NCBI GenBank assembly: GCA_010909165.1
Contig: VJWM01000209.1
Coordinates: forward strand, 186,001 to 250,000
DNA: 64,000 nucleotides
From: Anthoceros angustus
Taxonomy: Eukaryota; Plantae; Anthocerotophyta
Direction: 5' to 3'
Shown here: in pieces, positions 48,006 through 59,687 of the stretch
Position numbering within the stretch: the first letter of the stretch is position 1
Layout: every line of letters begins with the position of its first letter
Position numbers and translations under genes: made by a program
The notes under the pieces: model-generated
Told to the model about the DNA's origin: nothing
Databases searched by the model: none
Seen by the model: only the letters and a program-made list of their open reading frames with translations

Positions 48006-50051
48006 AGACTAGAGACCGAGGCCCGGGGCGCACCTATGGATAATGTCCAAAGTGCGAGCTCCCAAGGTCCTCCGATCGACGAAAATCTCATGTTGTCCCA
48101 TCGGGAGGCGGCCATGAATGACGACAAAGGTAGCTGATGTGAGGGTAGTTGTTGCATACCTTGCCAAGCTTTGAGGTGACATTGCTCTCGGGTCGTGAAT
48201 AGCATGCTTGGCCCCAGCGCTGTATGCGCCGGCGGGGTGTAGTCTATGCGAATCGCGCACGATTCCCAACGCATACGGGTCCCACTACCGAACCGTATGT
48301 CGTGCGTCAATATTTTATTTGGAGTATTCCAGCGGAAGGTGAGCTATGACGTCTGGGTCCGCTGAAGTCTGGGGCTCTGGCTTGTTTCTACTGCAAGGTA
48401 TCCAATGAAGTTGGATTCCTGATATGAGAGTGCGACTTTGTCTTCATGGACTTCTCCCCAGCTCATCAAATTGAGCAATAAGTAAGAGCGATCGTGCTTT
48501 GGTTGCAATATTGTATGCAACCAAAAGCTATCAGACTTAGTTCTTCATTAACTATATTTGCTTAGTTCTTTCTCATATATAATTTCTTGCTGGTCCTAAT
48601 TAAGTATAGAGAATGAATTCAAATTAGACGCACCGTTTGTAAATAAACTTGAACTTCAAGTTTCTTGAGGCTCTTGTGCAAACTTGAATATCAAGCTCTA
48701 TCTCTTCAGGCTGGGTTGCAGAGACATTTGTGAATGGTGTTTCAGAAAACTAGACAATCTCGTTAAAGCTAACATGAAGTACTGTTTTGGTAGAACTCTT
48801 GCCGGCTATTGTTGAAGCAATGTTTTGGTACCGCTGGTACTTAGTGTAGAGCTTGTCTTGCTTGGATATACAATATATGTAGATATGTAAGTTCTCTCCG
48901 CTTTAGATCTCTTGGAGCCGTGGTCAGCACGAAACAGTTTGTATTCCAATAACATAAAATGCCTACTTGCAATCCTTCACAGTATACGGGTGAGAGACTT
49001 GTACCTTGAACTAGCTAAATCTTTCAGCAAAGTGTGGGCCGTCATGCTTTCTGTATCTAGTGCTAAGTCCTCAAGCAAATCAATGTCTGCAATTGAATGT
49101 CAACCGTTTAGTTGACAGGATTGTCTTCAACTGTATAACCTAGAATTGATGTTATTGGGTACAGACATATAAATCTCCCCAGTCACTGCAACACAAAGGA
49201 CTCTATAAACGTAAAGTTTGGATGCTGAGTAAGTAGCACATTATAGTAAATTGATGTAGTCAGATTCAACAAATGAAGGAGCATGCATAGCAATCTGGAC
49301 AGGCCTATTACACCGCTACTATTGTTGCACTGCGTGCCTGCTTTTGGCACAACGTGCACAAAGAAACTATACTATACTTGAACTTGCTGAAAGTGGTACG
49401 AACTCCTAGTGAATCCATTTCCGTTTTTATCCATTCAAGTGTGTTGTCACACCGAAATAAGCGCGCACAATGCTTATAACGGAACGGGCTTGGAAGTAAC
49501 GGCCTTTAAATATGATTACTGGAAACAGCAAAACTGAAGCTAAATAAATGAAAACCGTTTAAGTTTTAGAACACGGTTCTGAAACCCGCGTTTTCGCGGC
49601 ACATGGATTGATTCATCGCACATGTCGCATGCATGGACATGGAGGCAATGACCGTATACGGACCGCATACGGGCTGTATGGGATGGAGGTGCCGACGGAG
49701 GCTGGCCGGACGGTGGGGCCAATCTAGTTTTGAAGAATTCCTTGCATCGCTGCTACTGGGGGAGGGACTGCAGCTGCGTCTGCACGCTTGAAATGTATTC
49801 CAGTTGTTTGAAGTATCGCAGGGCAGCCACGGACGCGACAATGGTTGTGGGGATTGGAGTGGCGCTTGCGGCTACGAAAGGATGAATCGATCGCACGCCT
49901 CAACTTGCCTTCACACTTCACAGCTCTTGACGCTGAGCATTTTGTGATCCCCACACCTCATGAAGCTGAGCATTGTGTGAAGTGGGAGGAGTGCGGCTGC
50001 CTTTGCATTCTTGAGTTTGAATTCCGTTGTTGGAAGAATCGGAGGGCAGCC

Positions 50052-52313
50052 ATGGAAGTGACATTGGGTGTAGAGATTGGAGTGACGCTTGCAATGGCGG
50101 TGCTGGCCGTGGCCTGGCCAGTGTGGAGGTACTGGGAGCGGAGGGGGATGTGGGCGCCCAAGGGCTCCAAGCAGCTGCCGGGGACCATGGGCTTCCCGCT
50201 GCTGGGAGAGACTATGGAGCTGATGGGCTACTTCAAGATCGGGGATCTGGAGACATTCACGACAAAGCGCTTTCGCAAGTATGGCGATGTGTTCAAGTCG
50301 CACCTGTTGGGCAGTCCGTATGTGTTTTCACGGGCGCCGAGGCGGCCAAGCTCTTGCTCTCAATGGCACAAGCTGGTACAGGCGCACCAGTTCCTCCCGC
50401 GAGGCAGCTGGTGGGCAAGGTCGCTCCTCAATGTGCACGGCCCCACGCACAAGTTCTATCGCAAAATTCTCAACGAATCCTTCATGGGCGAAGGCATTAG
50501 GAAGTATCTGCCGGTGTCGGAGCAATCGGCTCTAGAGACCCTCAGTTCCTGGAACTGGGCGACGTCCCCGTCATGAGACACGACATGGGCAAGGTGCGTG
50601 CACCAGGAATGGGCCACTCTTACCGTTTGTCTGCAATCTAATTGCAATGTTTGTGCAGAGCTCGTGATGTTTGCTAACTGGTATCTGCTCACGGTGCGCA
50701 GTTCGCTTATCATGTGATCGTGGGACTGGTGCTGAGCTGGGGTCCTGGTTCAGTGCGTGACAGGAGCTTGGAGCTCACCAAAACAGTGAGTACCAGCTTG
50801 ATCACGGTGCCCATCAATCTTCCTGGATTCGCCTTTCACAAGGCCATGCAGGTGGGAATTCGTTCAGGCCCAATTTGGAGCACAGGTGTCCAATTTCTCC
50901 CAGGGCTTGCAATGGGCCGCAATAAATCTAACAGTGCAAGTGGACTGGGCGTGCAGGCAAGAAAGGAGCTGGGTAAAATGTTCGACACCGAATTTGCGCT
51001 GAGAAGGAGCGGAAAATTTGTTCGCAGCGACCTGCTGAACGAAATGATGAAGGCAGTCGACCCCGATTCTTCAAGCGACAAGCCTGCCCTGGACGACGAG
51101 CAGCTGAGGGACAATCTGCTCACCATGGTCGTTGCTGGCTTTGAGACCACCGCCAGCACACTCACCTGGCTTGCCAAGCTGCTACATGAGAATCCCAGCG
51201 TCAAGGAGAAGCTGCTGGTGAGCCTGGCCCCGGGGCTATATCACAGACGTCGTCCATAGGAATCGAGATTGGTTTGGAACAGCTTGGATCCAAGCGAGCC
51301 CAACCTTGGCGTTTGGTTTTTGTGTTTGTGACTGTAGGCTGAGCATTTGGCTCTGAGAAGAAACAAACAAGCTGGAGAGGCACTGACATGGGCGGATCTC
51401 GGCCAACCGATGGCCTACACCTTGAAAGTGAGACTCGGATCCTCAACATCCTCCAACCTAGTAGTGGCCCAATACTCACTGGAATCTGGCGTAAGCTAAG
51501 ATCCATCTGTCTTGTCTCATGTGTGCATGCAGGTGATCAACGAGGCACTCCGAGTGTCTGCTCTCATTTTCTGGTTGCATCGACAGGTCAAGGAGGACTT
51601 TACTTTCAACGGTATGTATGCTGCACCTGGCTGGCATTGGCAACCGTTCAGATTCCTTCCCTACTCCAAGCGGGGAGTTCTAACATGGGTGATCACTGTG
51701 CTTCATTTCCGTTATGATATTCCCCAAGCTTTCTCACTATCTGACACACACATGTGCCACCTGCAGGATACCACATTCCTAAAGGCTGGAACGTTGTGTT
51801 TGACACTCACAACTTACACCATAGTTCAGAAATCTTCCAAGACCCAGAGATCTTCAATCCCTCTCGCTTCGATGTAAGAGCCTGATGCTTGAATTCAACA
51901 CTAGAATCATTACAGACGTCTCCGAATCATAGACAACGAACAACATCTTGGGAGTTATCTTGTGACACTGCGTTCTGATGCTACCAACAGGTGCCACCGA
52001 AGCCCTTCACCCTGCTGGCGTGGGAGGTGGAAGCAGATTGTGCCTTGGGAAGGAGCTGGCACTAATGAACATGAAAGTGATGTTGCATCACATGATGCTC
52101 AAATTCAGGTGAGTCCCCATAATTCTTCTGCAATAAATAGTTCACAAGTCATTTACATATTATCCTACATGCTTCTTGGCTAACCGACGGGTGCTGAGTT
52201 GGTGTTGAAACAGGTGGACAGTATATGAGCCAGACACTGGCCTCGACATTTCGGGTCTGCCATGTCCCAATAGCGGTGTCCCCATAAGGATCGAGGCTGT
52301 TCAGGACTATTAA
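50052..52313 (+). CDS. Cytochrome P450, CYP85 clan, paralogue A (several frameshifts: pseudogene or sequence error)
   Basis: TM anchor, LPGTMGFPLLGET, YGDVFKSHLLG, I-helix VAGFETTAST, VINEALR, FNPSRF and heme GGGSRLCLGKEL, separated by ~100 bp GT-AG introns. Confidence 0.9.
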
Positions 52314-52905
52314 TCTGCCAACCGAGCTATGATAAGATTGCACATGGAGTCCTGTGGCTCCTTCCAAACAGCCACAATCCCGGAGGACAGTAGGCAGCAG
52401 GAGCGCTCACTCCCATAGCCGCACGATGTGCTCCAACATATTAAACCCTGTATGTTAAAGCCGTGCAGCAGCTCGCCGCTAATGTAATACATATGGGCTT
52501 GCCGTAAACCTTGGGATAAAGTGATCCTGCACTCGAAGGATATGGGCTCAACTATGGGTCCAACCGTAGTGCGTCAATATTTTATCCAGTGGATTGTGGC
52601 AAAAGGAGAGCTATGACGTCTGGGACTCTGGAGTCTGTCTGGGTCCGTCTGGCAGTTCATTCCAGTTTTAGCAAAAGGTGTGGTACGACGTCTGCGTCCC
52701 TCTGGCAGTCCCATTGCGGTCGCATCTTTCGACGGCAGTGTATTCAGAAAGTTGGAGATTCTGAGAAAAAAGCTGCAGCATCTGCTTGCGGCTTGACAAG
52801 TCCACACTTCACCCGGAAGTCAGCAATGTGCGAAAGCAGGAGGGGTTGCTGCGGCATGGCATTCTTGAATTTGCATTCCGTTCTTCTCAGAATCGCAGGG
52901 CAGCG

Positions 52906-53638
52906 ATGGACGTGACGTTGGCTGTGGAGATAGGGGTGGCTCTTGCGGTGCTTGCTGTGGGCTGGCCAGTGTGGAGGTACTGGGAGCGGAGGGGGATATG
53001 GGCGCCCATGGGCTCGAAGCAGCTGCCGGGGACCATGGGCTTCCCGCTGCTGGGAGAGACGATGGAGCTCATGGGCTACTTCAAGAGCGGGGATCTGGAG
53101 ACATTCACGACAAAGCGCTTTCGCAAGTATGGCGATGTGTTCAAGTCGCACCTGCTGGGCAGTCCGTATGTGTTTTCAGGGGCGCCGAGGCGGCCAAACT
53201 CTTGGTCGCCAGCGAGGACAAGCTGGTGCACGCGCACCAGATCCTCCCCGGAGGAAGCTGGTCGGCGAGGAGTCCATGCTCAATGTGCACGGTCCCAGGC
53301 ACAAGCTCTATCGCAAAATGCTCAACGAGGCCTTCATGGGCGAGAGGATTAGGAAGTATCTGCCGTGGTGGAGCAAGCGACTCTCGAGACGCTCGGTTCC
53401 TGGAAGCTGGGCGACGTCCCGTCGTCAGGCACGACATGGCCAAGGTGAGCGCACCAGAATTGGGCCACTCTTGCCGTTTGTGCGCAAATTGCAATGTTAG
53501 TGAGCTTGGGATTGTAATGGGTGCTGAGTTGGTGTTGAAACAGGTGGACAGTAGGCCAGACACTGGCCTCGACATTTCGGGTCTGCCATGTCCCAATAGC
53601 GGTGTCCCCATAAGGATCGAGGCTGTTCAGGACTATTA
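52906..53638 (+). pseudogene. Chimeric P450 fragment (exon 1 of paralogue B plus last exon of paralogue A) created by a 1.33 kb tandem duplication
   Basis: 52188-53518 is repeated at 53519-54835. The junction microhomology is GGGT. Confidence 0.85.
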
Positions 53639-54224
53639 ATCTGCCAACCGAGCTATGATAAGATTGCACATGGAGTCCTGTGGCTCCTTCCAAACAGCCA
53701 CAATCCCGGAGGACAGTAGGCAGCAGGAGCGCTCACTCCCATAGCCGCACGATGTGCTCCAACATATTAAACCCTGTTAAAGCCGTGCAGCAGCTCGCTA
53801 ATGTAATACATATGGGCTTGCCGTAAACCTTGGGATAAAGTGATCCTGCACTCGAAGGATATGGGCTCAACTATGGGTCCAACCGTAGTGCGTCAATATT
53901 TTATCCAGTGGATTGTGGCAAAAGGAGAGCTATGACGTCTGGGACTCTGGAGTCTGTCTGGGTCCGTCTGGCAGTTCATTCCAGTTTTAGCAAAGGTGTG
54001 GTACGACGTCTGCGTCCCTCTGGCAGTCCCATTGCGGTCGCATCTTTCGACGGCAGTGTATTCAGAAAGTTGGAGATTCTTTGAGAAAAAGCTGCAGCAT
54101 CTGCTTGCGACTTGACAAGTCCACACTTCACCCGGAAGTCAGCAATGTGCGAAAGCAGGAGGGGATTGCTGCGGCATGGCATTCTTGAATTGCATTCCGT
54201 TCTTCTCAGAATCGCAGGGCAGCG

Positions 54225-56454
54225 ATGGACGTGACGTTGGCTGTGGAGATAGGGGTGGCTCTTGCGGTGCTTGCTGTGGGCTGGCCAGTGTGGAGGTACT
54301 GGGAGCGGAGGGGATATGGGCGCCCATGGGCTGAAGCAGCTGCCGGGGACCATGGGCTTCCCGCTGCTGGGAGAGACGATGGAGCTCATGGGCTACTTCA
54401 AGAGCGGGATCTGGAGACATTCACGACAAAGCGCTTTCGCAAGTATGGCGATGTGTTCAAGTCGCACCTGCTGGGCAGTCCGTTTTTCAGGGGCGCCGAG
54501 GCGGCCAAACTCTTGGTCGCCAGCGAGGACAAGCTGGTGCACGCGCACCAGATCCTCCCCGGGAGGAAGCTGGTCGGCGAGGAGTCCATGCTCAATGTGC
54601 ACGGTCCCAGGCACAAGCTCTATCGCAAAATGCTCAACGAGGCCTTCATGGGCGAGAGGATTAGGAAGTATCTGCCCGTGGTGGAGCAAGCGACTCTCGA
54701 GACGCTCGGTTCCTGGAAGCTGGGCGACGTCCCCGTCGTCAGGCACGACATGGCCAAGGTGAGCGCACCAGAATTGGGCCACTCTTGCCGTTTGTGCGCA
54801 AATTGCAATGTTAGTGAGCTTGGGATTGTAATGGGTAGTTGCTGACGGTGCGCAGTTCTCTTATCATGTGATCGTGGGACTGGTGCTGAGCTGGGGTCCT
54901 GGTCCGGTGCGTGACAGGGGCCGTGAGCTCACCGAAACGGTGAGAAACAACTTGCTCGCGGTGCCCATCAATCTTCCTGGATTGGCCTTTCACAAAGCGA
55001 TGCAGGTGCCAATTCGTTCGAGGCCCAATTTGGCGCACAGTGTCCAATTTCTCCTTGCCCTGGGGCCGCAATAAATCTAACAACGCAAGTGGACTGGGCT
55101 TGCAGGCAAGAAAGGAACTGGGCGAAATGTTCGACACCGAAATCGCGCTGAGAAGGAGCGGGAAAATCGTTTGCAATGACCTGCTGAGTGAAATGATGAA
55201 GGCAGTCGACCCCGATTCTTCCAGCGACAAGCCTGCCCTGGACGACGAGCAGCTGAGGGACAATGTGGTCACCCTGATCGTTGCTGGGTTTGAGACCACC
55301 ACCAACACACTCACCTGGCTAGTCAAGCTGCTGCATGAGAATCCTAGCGTCAAGGAGAAGCTGCTGGTGAGCGTGGCCCCGGGCTGTCACAGACGTCGTC
55401 CATAGGAAACGACATTCGTTTGGAACAATTTGGATCGAAGCCAACTTCACCTTGAGGTTTTGTTTTCCTGCTTGAACTGTAGGCGGAGCATTTGGCAGTG
55501 AGAAGAAACAAACAAGCTGGAGAGGCACTGACATGGGCGGATCTCGGCCAACCGATGGCCTACAGTGAAAGTGAGACTCAGATACCTCAACATTCTGCAC
55601 CCTAGTGCCGCACAGCTACTCACTGGAATCTGGCCTCCAATTAAGATCCATCTGTCTTTGTCTCATGTACGTGTGCCTCCAGGTGATCAACGAGGCACTG
55701 AGTTTCTTCTCTCGCTTTCTGGTGGAATCGACAGGTCAAGGAGGACTTCACATTCAACGGCATGTATGCTGCACCTGGCATCGCCAACCGTTCAGATTTC
55801 TTCCCTACTCCAAGCAGGAGTCCTAACATGGGTCACAGACTAGTGCTTGATTGCCGCAATGATTTGCAGAAGCTTTCTCCGTGCCTGACACATGTGCCAC
55901 CTGCAGGATACCACATTCCTAAAGGCTGGAGCCTTGTGCATGACACTCACGACTTGCACCATAGTCCAGAAGTCTTCCAAGACCCGGAGACGTTCGATCC
56001 CTCTCGCTTCGATGTAAGCAGCCTGATGCTTGAATTCGGCATTAGAAATCATACAGCCATCTCCGACTAATAGACATCCAACAACATTTTGGGAGTAACC
56101 TTTTGACACTCTGCGTTCCTTGTCTACCAACAGGTGCCACCGAAACCTTACACCCTGCTGGCATTTGGAGGTGGAACCAGATTGTGCCTTGGGAAGGAGC
56201 TGGCACTAATGGACATGAAAGTGATGTTGCATCACATGATGCTCAAATTCAGGTGCGTCTCCATTCTTCTGCAATAGCTCACAGGTCATCTACAATCCCC
56301 ATCCCCAAATATGCTTCTTGGCTAACCGACGGTGCCGACCTGGTGTCGAAACAGGTGGACAGTAGATAAGCCAGACACTGGCCTCGACGTTTCAGGTCTG
56401 CCATGCCCCAATAGCGGTGTCCCCATAAGGATCGAGGCTGTCCTGGACTATTAG
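54225..56454 (+). CDS. Cytochrome P450, CYP85 clan, paralogue B (several frameshifts)
   Basis: Same exon structure as paralogue A, with IVAGFETTTNT, VINEAL, FDPSRF and AFGGGTRLCLGKEL. Confidence 0.9.
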
Positions 56455-57220
56455 TCTGCCAACCGAGCTATGACAAGACTGCACACGGCCTTGCTGTGGA
56501 TACTATGTGAAACTTGGGGTTTCAATTACTTTCCCAACACAGACGGTGCCATGCCCCAAGCAGGATACATCTGAAACTGTGAGTGTGTGCATGGCAGGTA
56601 TTAGTCTCAATACTCAAACGGTGAAGGCCCTTCTTGCTCAGGCTGGAGAGCACCCCTTTGTGTAACCAAGGGAGTGTACAATGTGTAACCAAGACTAATG
56701 ACCAGGCTGCACAGAATGGATATATCTATGGGGGCCTGAGTTGAAATGGTCATTCACCTACCTGTATGGCATCATAGCTATTGCCGACGCTGTAGAATAT
56801 GGTTCCGATGGCCAGGCACAAAGCACGCAAGATACATTGCAAGACGTAGCCAGTAGTAACCTACGTGTCTGGACATGTTACCTTCGAGCAGTATCTGCAG
56901 CATTTTGAGCAAGAATGGATGACTTGTACTTGCTCACTAGCAGTTCCCCTCGTAATGCGGTGGACATAGCTTTAAGAGCATCCGAATCTTGAGGATCAGC
57001 GGGGTCATGGTCATCCCAGCCAGAGTGTCCAGAAGGGTGGATTTGCTCAAGGCCCCATGATGTAGCAGTCATTCCTTATTTCGGCTTTCGTGTACGCCTT
57101 GGTGTCATGATGGCATTGCCCATCTATGCCGCCGTCGCGTCATGATGCCCGTCTGTGACGTCTGCAAGTGATGATGGCATTGCCTGTCTGTGCTTCTTGG
57201 TGTGATGATGCTCGTCTGTA

Positions 57221-57304
57221 TCTCGATTTGTGCGTGTCATCCTTGCATAGGGGCCATGCTAATCTTCTCTGTATCATTCCATTATATGCGATGTGTGGAA
57301 GCAC
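57221..57304 (-). ncRNA. U6: U6 snRNA pseudogene, 3'-truncated
   Basis: The minus strand reads ...TGGAATGATACAGAGAAGATTAGCATGGCCCCTATGCAAGGATGACACGCACAAATCGAGA (ACAGAGA box, AGC triad, ISL). The 3' oligo-U end is missing and no upstream USE/TATA was seen. Confidence 0.85.
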
Positions 57305-57463
57305 AATGTCCGTCTATTCTGCCTTCGGCTCCCAAAACATTCTGATACTGGTAATCCCTGCAGCGAATCGTGACTTGTGATGCTGATCCCAATTGCAATC
57401 TGAGGGGAGTGTCACAGTGTCTGTGAGAGCAGTAGCGCATCCGCGAAATTTGGCAGCCTTGAG

Positions 57464-59032
57464 ATGGGCATGCGCGATGTGGTAACCACCATGGTGGTTC
57501 CGGCAGAAGACCCAGAGAAATCACACGAGAACCAGAGGTGTGAGATGTGCAACCTGGACCACCTCATGCCCAACGTGTACGTGCCCCTTCTCCTGCTGTT
57601 CGATGAAGCCCCGAGATCGGGAATTGCGGGCCTGGTGGAGGAGCTCAAACAGTCGCTGGCTAGGGTGCTGGTGCCCTTCTATCCCATGGCGGGCAGGGTG
57701 GTGGAGAGGGCGGGCCAGCCGCCGCATCTGGTGTGCAACAATGCAGGTGCCATCTTCACCTCCGCGCACTTGGACGCTCCCATGAGCCAAGTGTGTGGAG
57801 CCGGCGTTCACTTCCAGCCGGTCCCACAAATCCAAGGGATCACATCGGTGAGGCACAAAGTTGAGATTGCGGAGGCGGAGATGGAGGTGGGGAAGCCTGC
57901 CCTCGTGGTTCAAGTAAGCCTCAGCCTCTGAGTGTTGTGGGATGTCGTTCAAAGGAAATCTTCCATGAGACCCGGTGCTGTGGAATTCAGGTGGCGGGGC
58001 TGCGGCATATGCATGCAGGTGACCGGATTTGAGTGCGGCGGCGTGGCCCTGGCTGTCAACTGGCTGCACACTGTGGCGGACGGCTTTGCTGCATCGCAGT
58101 TCCTGAAAGCATGGTCGGACGCCTGCACCGGCGGCAGGGCCACCACGGCGACGCCTGACCACGGCCGGGCCCAGGTGCTGAAGAATGCGCACTTCTTCGC
58201 CGAGCGCGGGACCTTTTCCGACCAGGACCTGGCCGCAGACCACACCCCGCCGGGCCTGGCTGCCGTGCTTTGGGCGCATGACATGGGGGCAACCGCTCGG
58301 GCCTTGGCTGCCACTGCGCCGGCCCTCCACGCTCCAATGCTCAGGCTCGTGCATTACACGGAGGCCGGCATCCGGAAGCTCAAAGCGCTTGCTGCGGCGA
58401 ACACCGGTGGCCAGAATTTCTCCACTGTCACCTGCGTTTGCGCGCACTTGTGGCAGTGTGTGACGAGAGCCAGGCTCCGGATCTGTAAAAGTGAAGCCCA
58501 GGGAAACGGGAAATGCACGTTCGGCACTGTTGTGGATGCCAAGGCGCGGAGGACGTCTTCATCCGACCCCAACTCCACCCTGCTCCCGGCGTCTTATTTC
58601 GGGAACAGCGTCATGTCCGTGCGAACCCGAGAAGTGGAGCCTGAGGAAGTGGTGAGGCAGCCTTTGGGATTCGCAGCCTCGCTCATCAAAGACAGCTTCG
58701 CAGGGATCGATCTGCTGCGGGCTTACCAGTATCTGCTTGCCCTCAGCGACAAGCACGGACCTTGGAACATCACCGCGATGCCACATGGTGTACCCCACGA
58801 CTTCTTCACATCTTCCTGGTATCGATTTCCGCTCTACGATCTACACTTTTGTTTCCCAGCCCAGCCTGTGCTAGCGATTTCCAACTCCAGGCCCTCTCCC
58901 CGTCGTGATGGCTTCGCTTTGTTGCTGCCCAGCCCGCTTGGCCCCAATAACCTCACCGCAATGCTCATCGCCAACGCTGCTGTCATGGCCAACCTTTTCT
59001 TGGACCAAGAGTTTCTGGAGTATGCTTACTGA
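57464..59032 (+). CDS. BAHD acyltransferase (2 exons: 57464-57913, 58019-59032)
   Basis: LKQSLARVLVPFYPMAGR, the conserved Q-intron (LVVQ|VT), HxxxD motif HTVADG and YFGN. The DFGWG position reads DLHFCFPAQP. The reading frame is intact. Confidence 0.95.
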
Positions 59033-59687
59033 CCTCAGCGGACATACGGAGCAGAGCTACTAGCTACTTTACCCCACACCAAGCTAGCAGTTGCAGACAT
59101 GCGCATAACACGACAGGAGATGGTTAAGGGAACAGAATGTTCACCCATGTCCCCCTGCAAGTCCAAGGTTTTGGCTGTCAGTCCAGTCAAGAAGAACCAA
59201 CCGCCCAGGTCTCCAAGAGCATCATCCCTGTTAGTTCGCCTGCACCCACAAACCAGAAGAGGGTGAGTCAGCCGTCTCAGAGTCAGTGCAACAAAAACAG
59301 CAGGAGCCTCTCAAGATGTTTAACCCAAAAGCACTACCTACCCCCACCACTGCTACAATCCAAGCTAAGCGAGTGATATCCAGCTCCCCTAAAGCTCAGA
59401 AACCTGCTAAGTTGGCTCGCAAGGCAGCGACCAAAAGTCCCTCTCCTCAGCTTGAGTCTCGTCCCCCTTCAGCTAGCAGTCCTGCACCTGTCAGCACCAA
59501 GAAAGTTAGGTTTGCTATGGCCAGCTGCTTCCTTCATGAACGCAGCTAGGGCAGCCCGGGGCTTCTCTGCGCGATCCCTTAACCAGGCCTGTCTCAGTTC
59601 CCAAACAAAATATAGAATGTGTAAAATTTCTTCATGTAATATCCACAAAAACTTCATATTGAATGTTTTCTTTGCTCGGTTGGCAGA

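Noticed and set aside
48560-49150. Possible transposase or gene remnant in the P450 A upstream region
   Set aside because: Only short exon-like pieces with stops were seen, and no recognisable motif.
50852-50956. In-frame, stop-free 105-bp intron in P450 A read as coding
   Set aside because: It has canonical GT-AG ends at the same position in B and C, where the frame is not preserved, so it is an ordinary intron.
57521-58447. 308-aa minus-strand ORF (and similar antisense ORFs over the P450s, e.g. 60765-61616)
   Set aside because: These are shadow ORFs opposite GC-rich coding exons.
59137-59549. S/P/K-rich ORFs between BAHD and P450 C
   Set aside because: They are low complexity and frameshifted, with no domain or clear gene structure.
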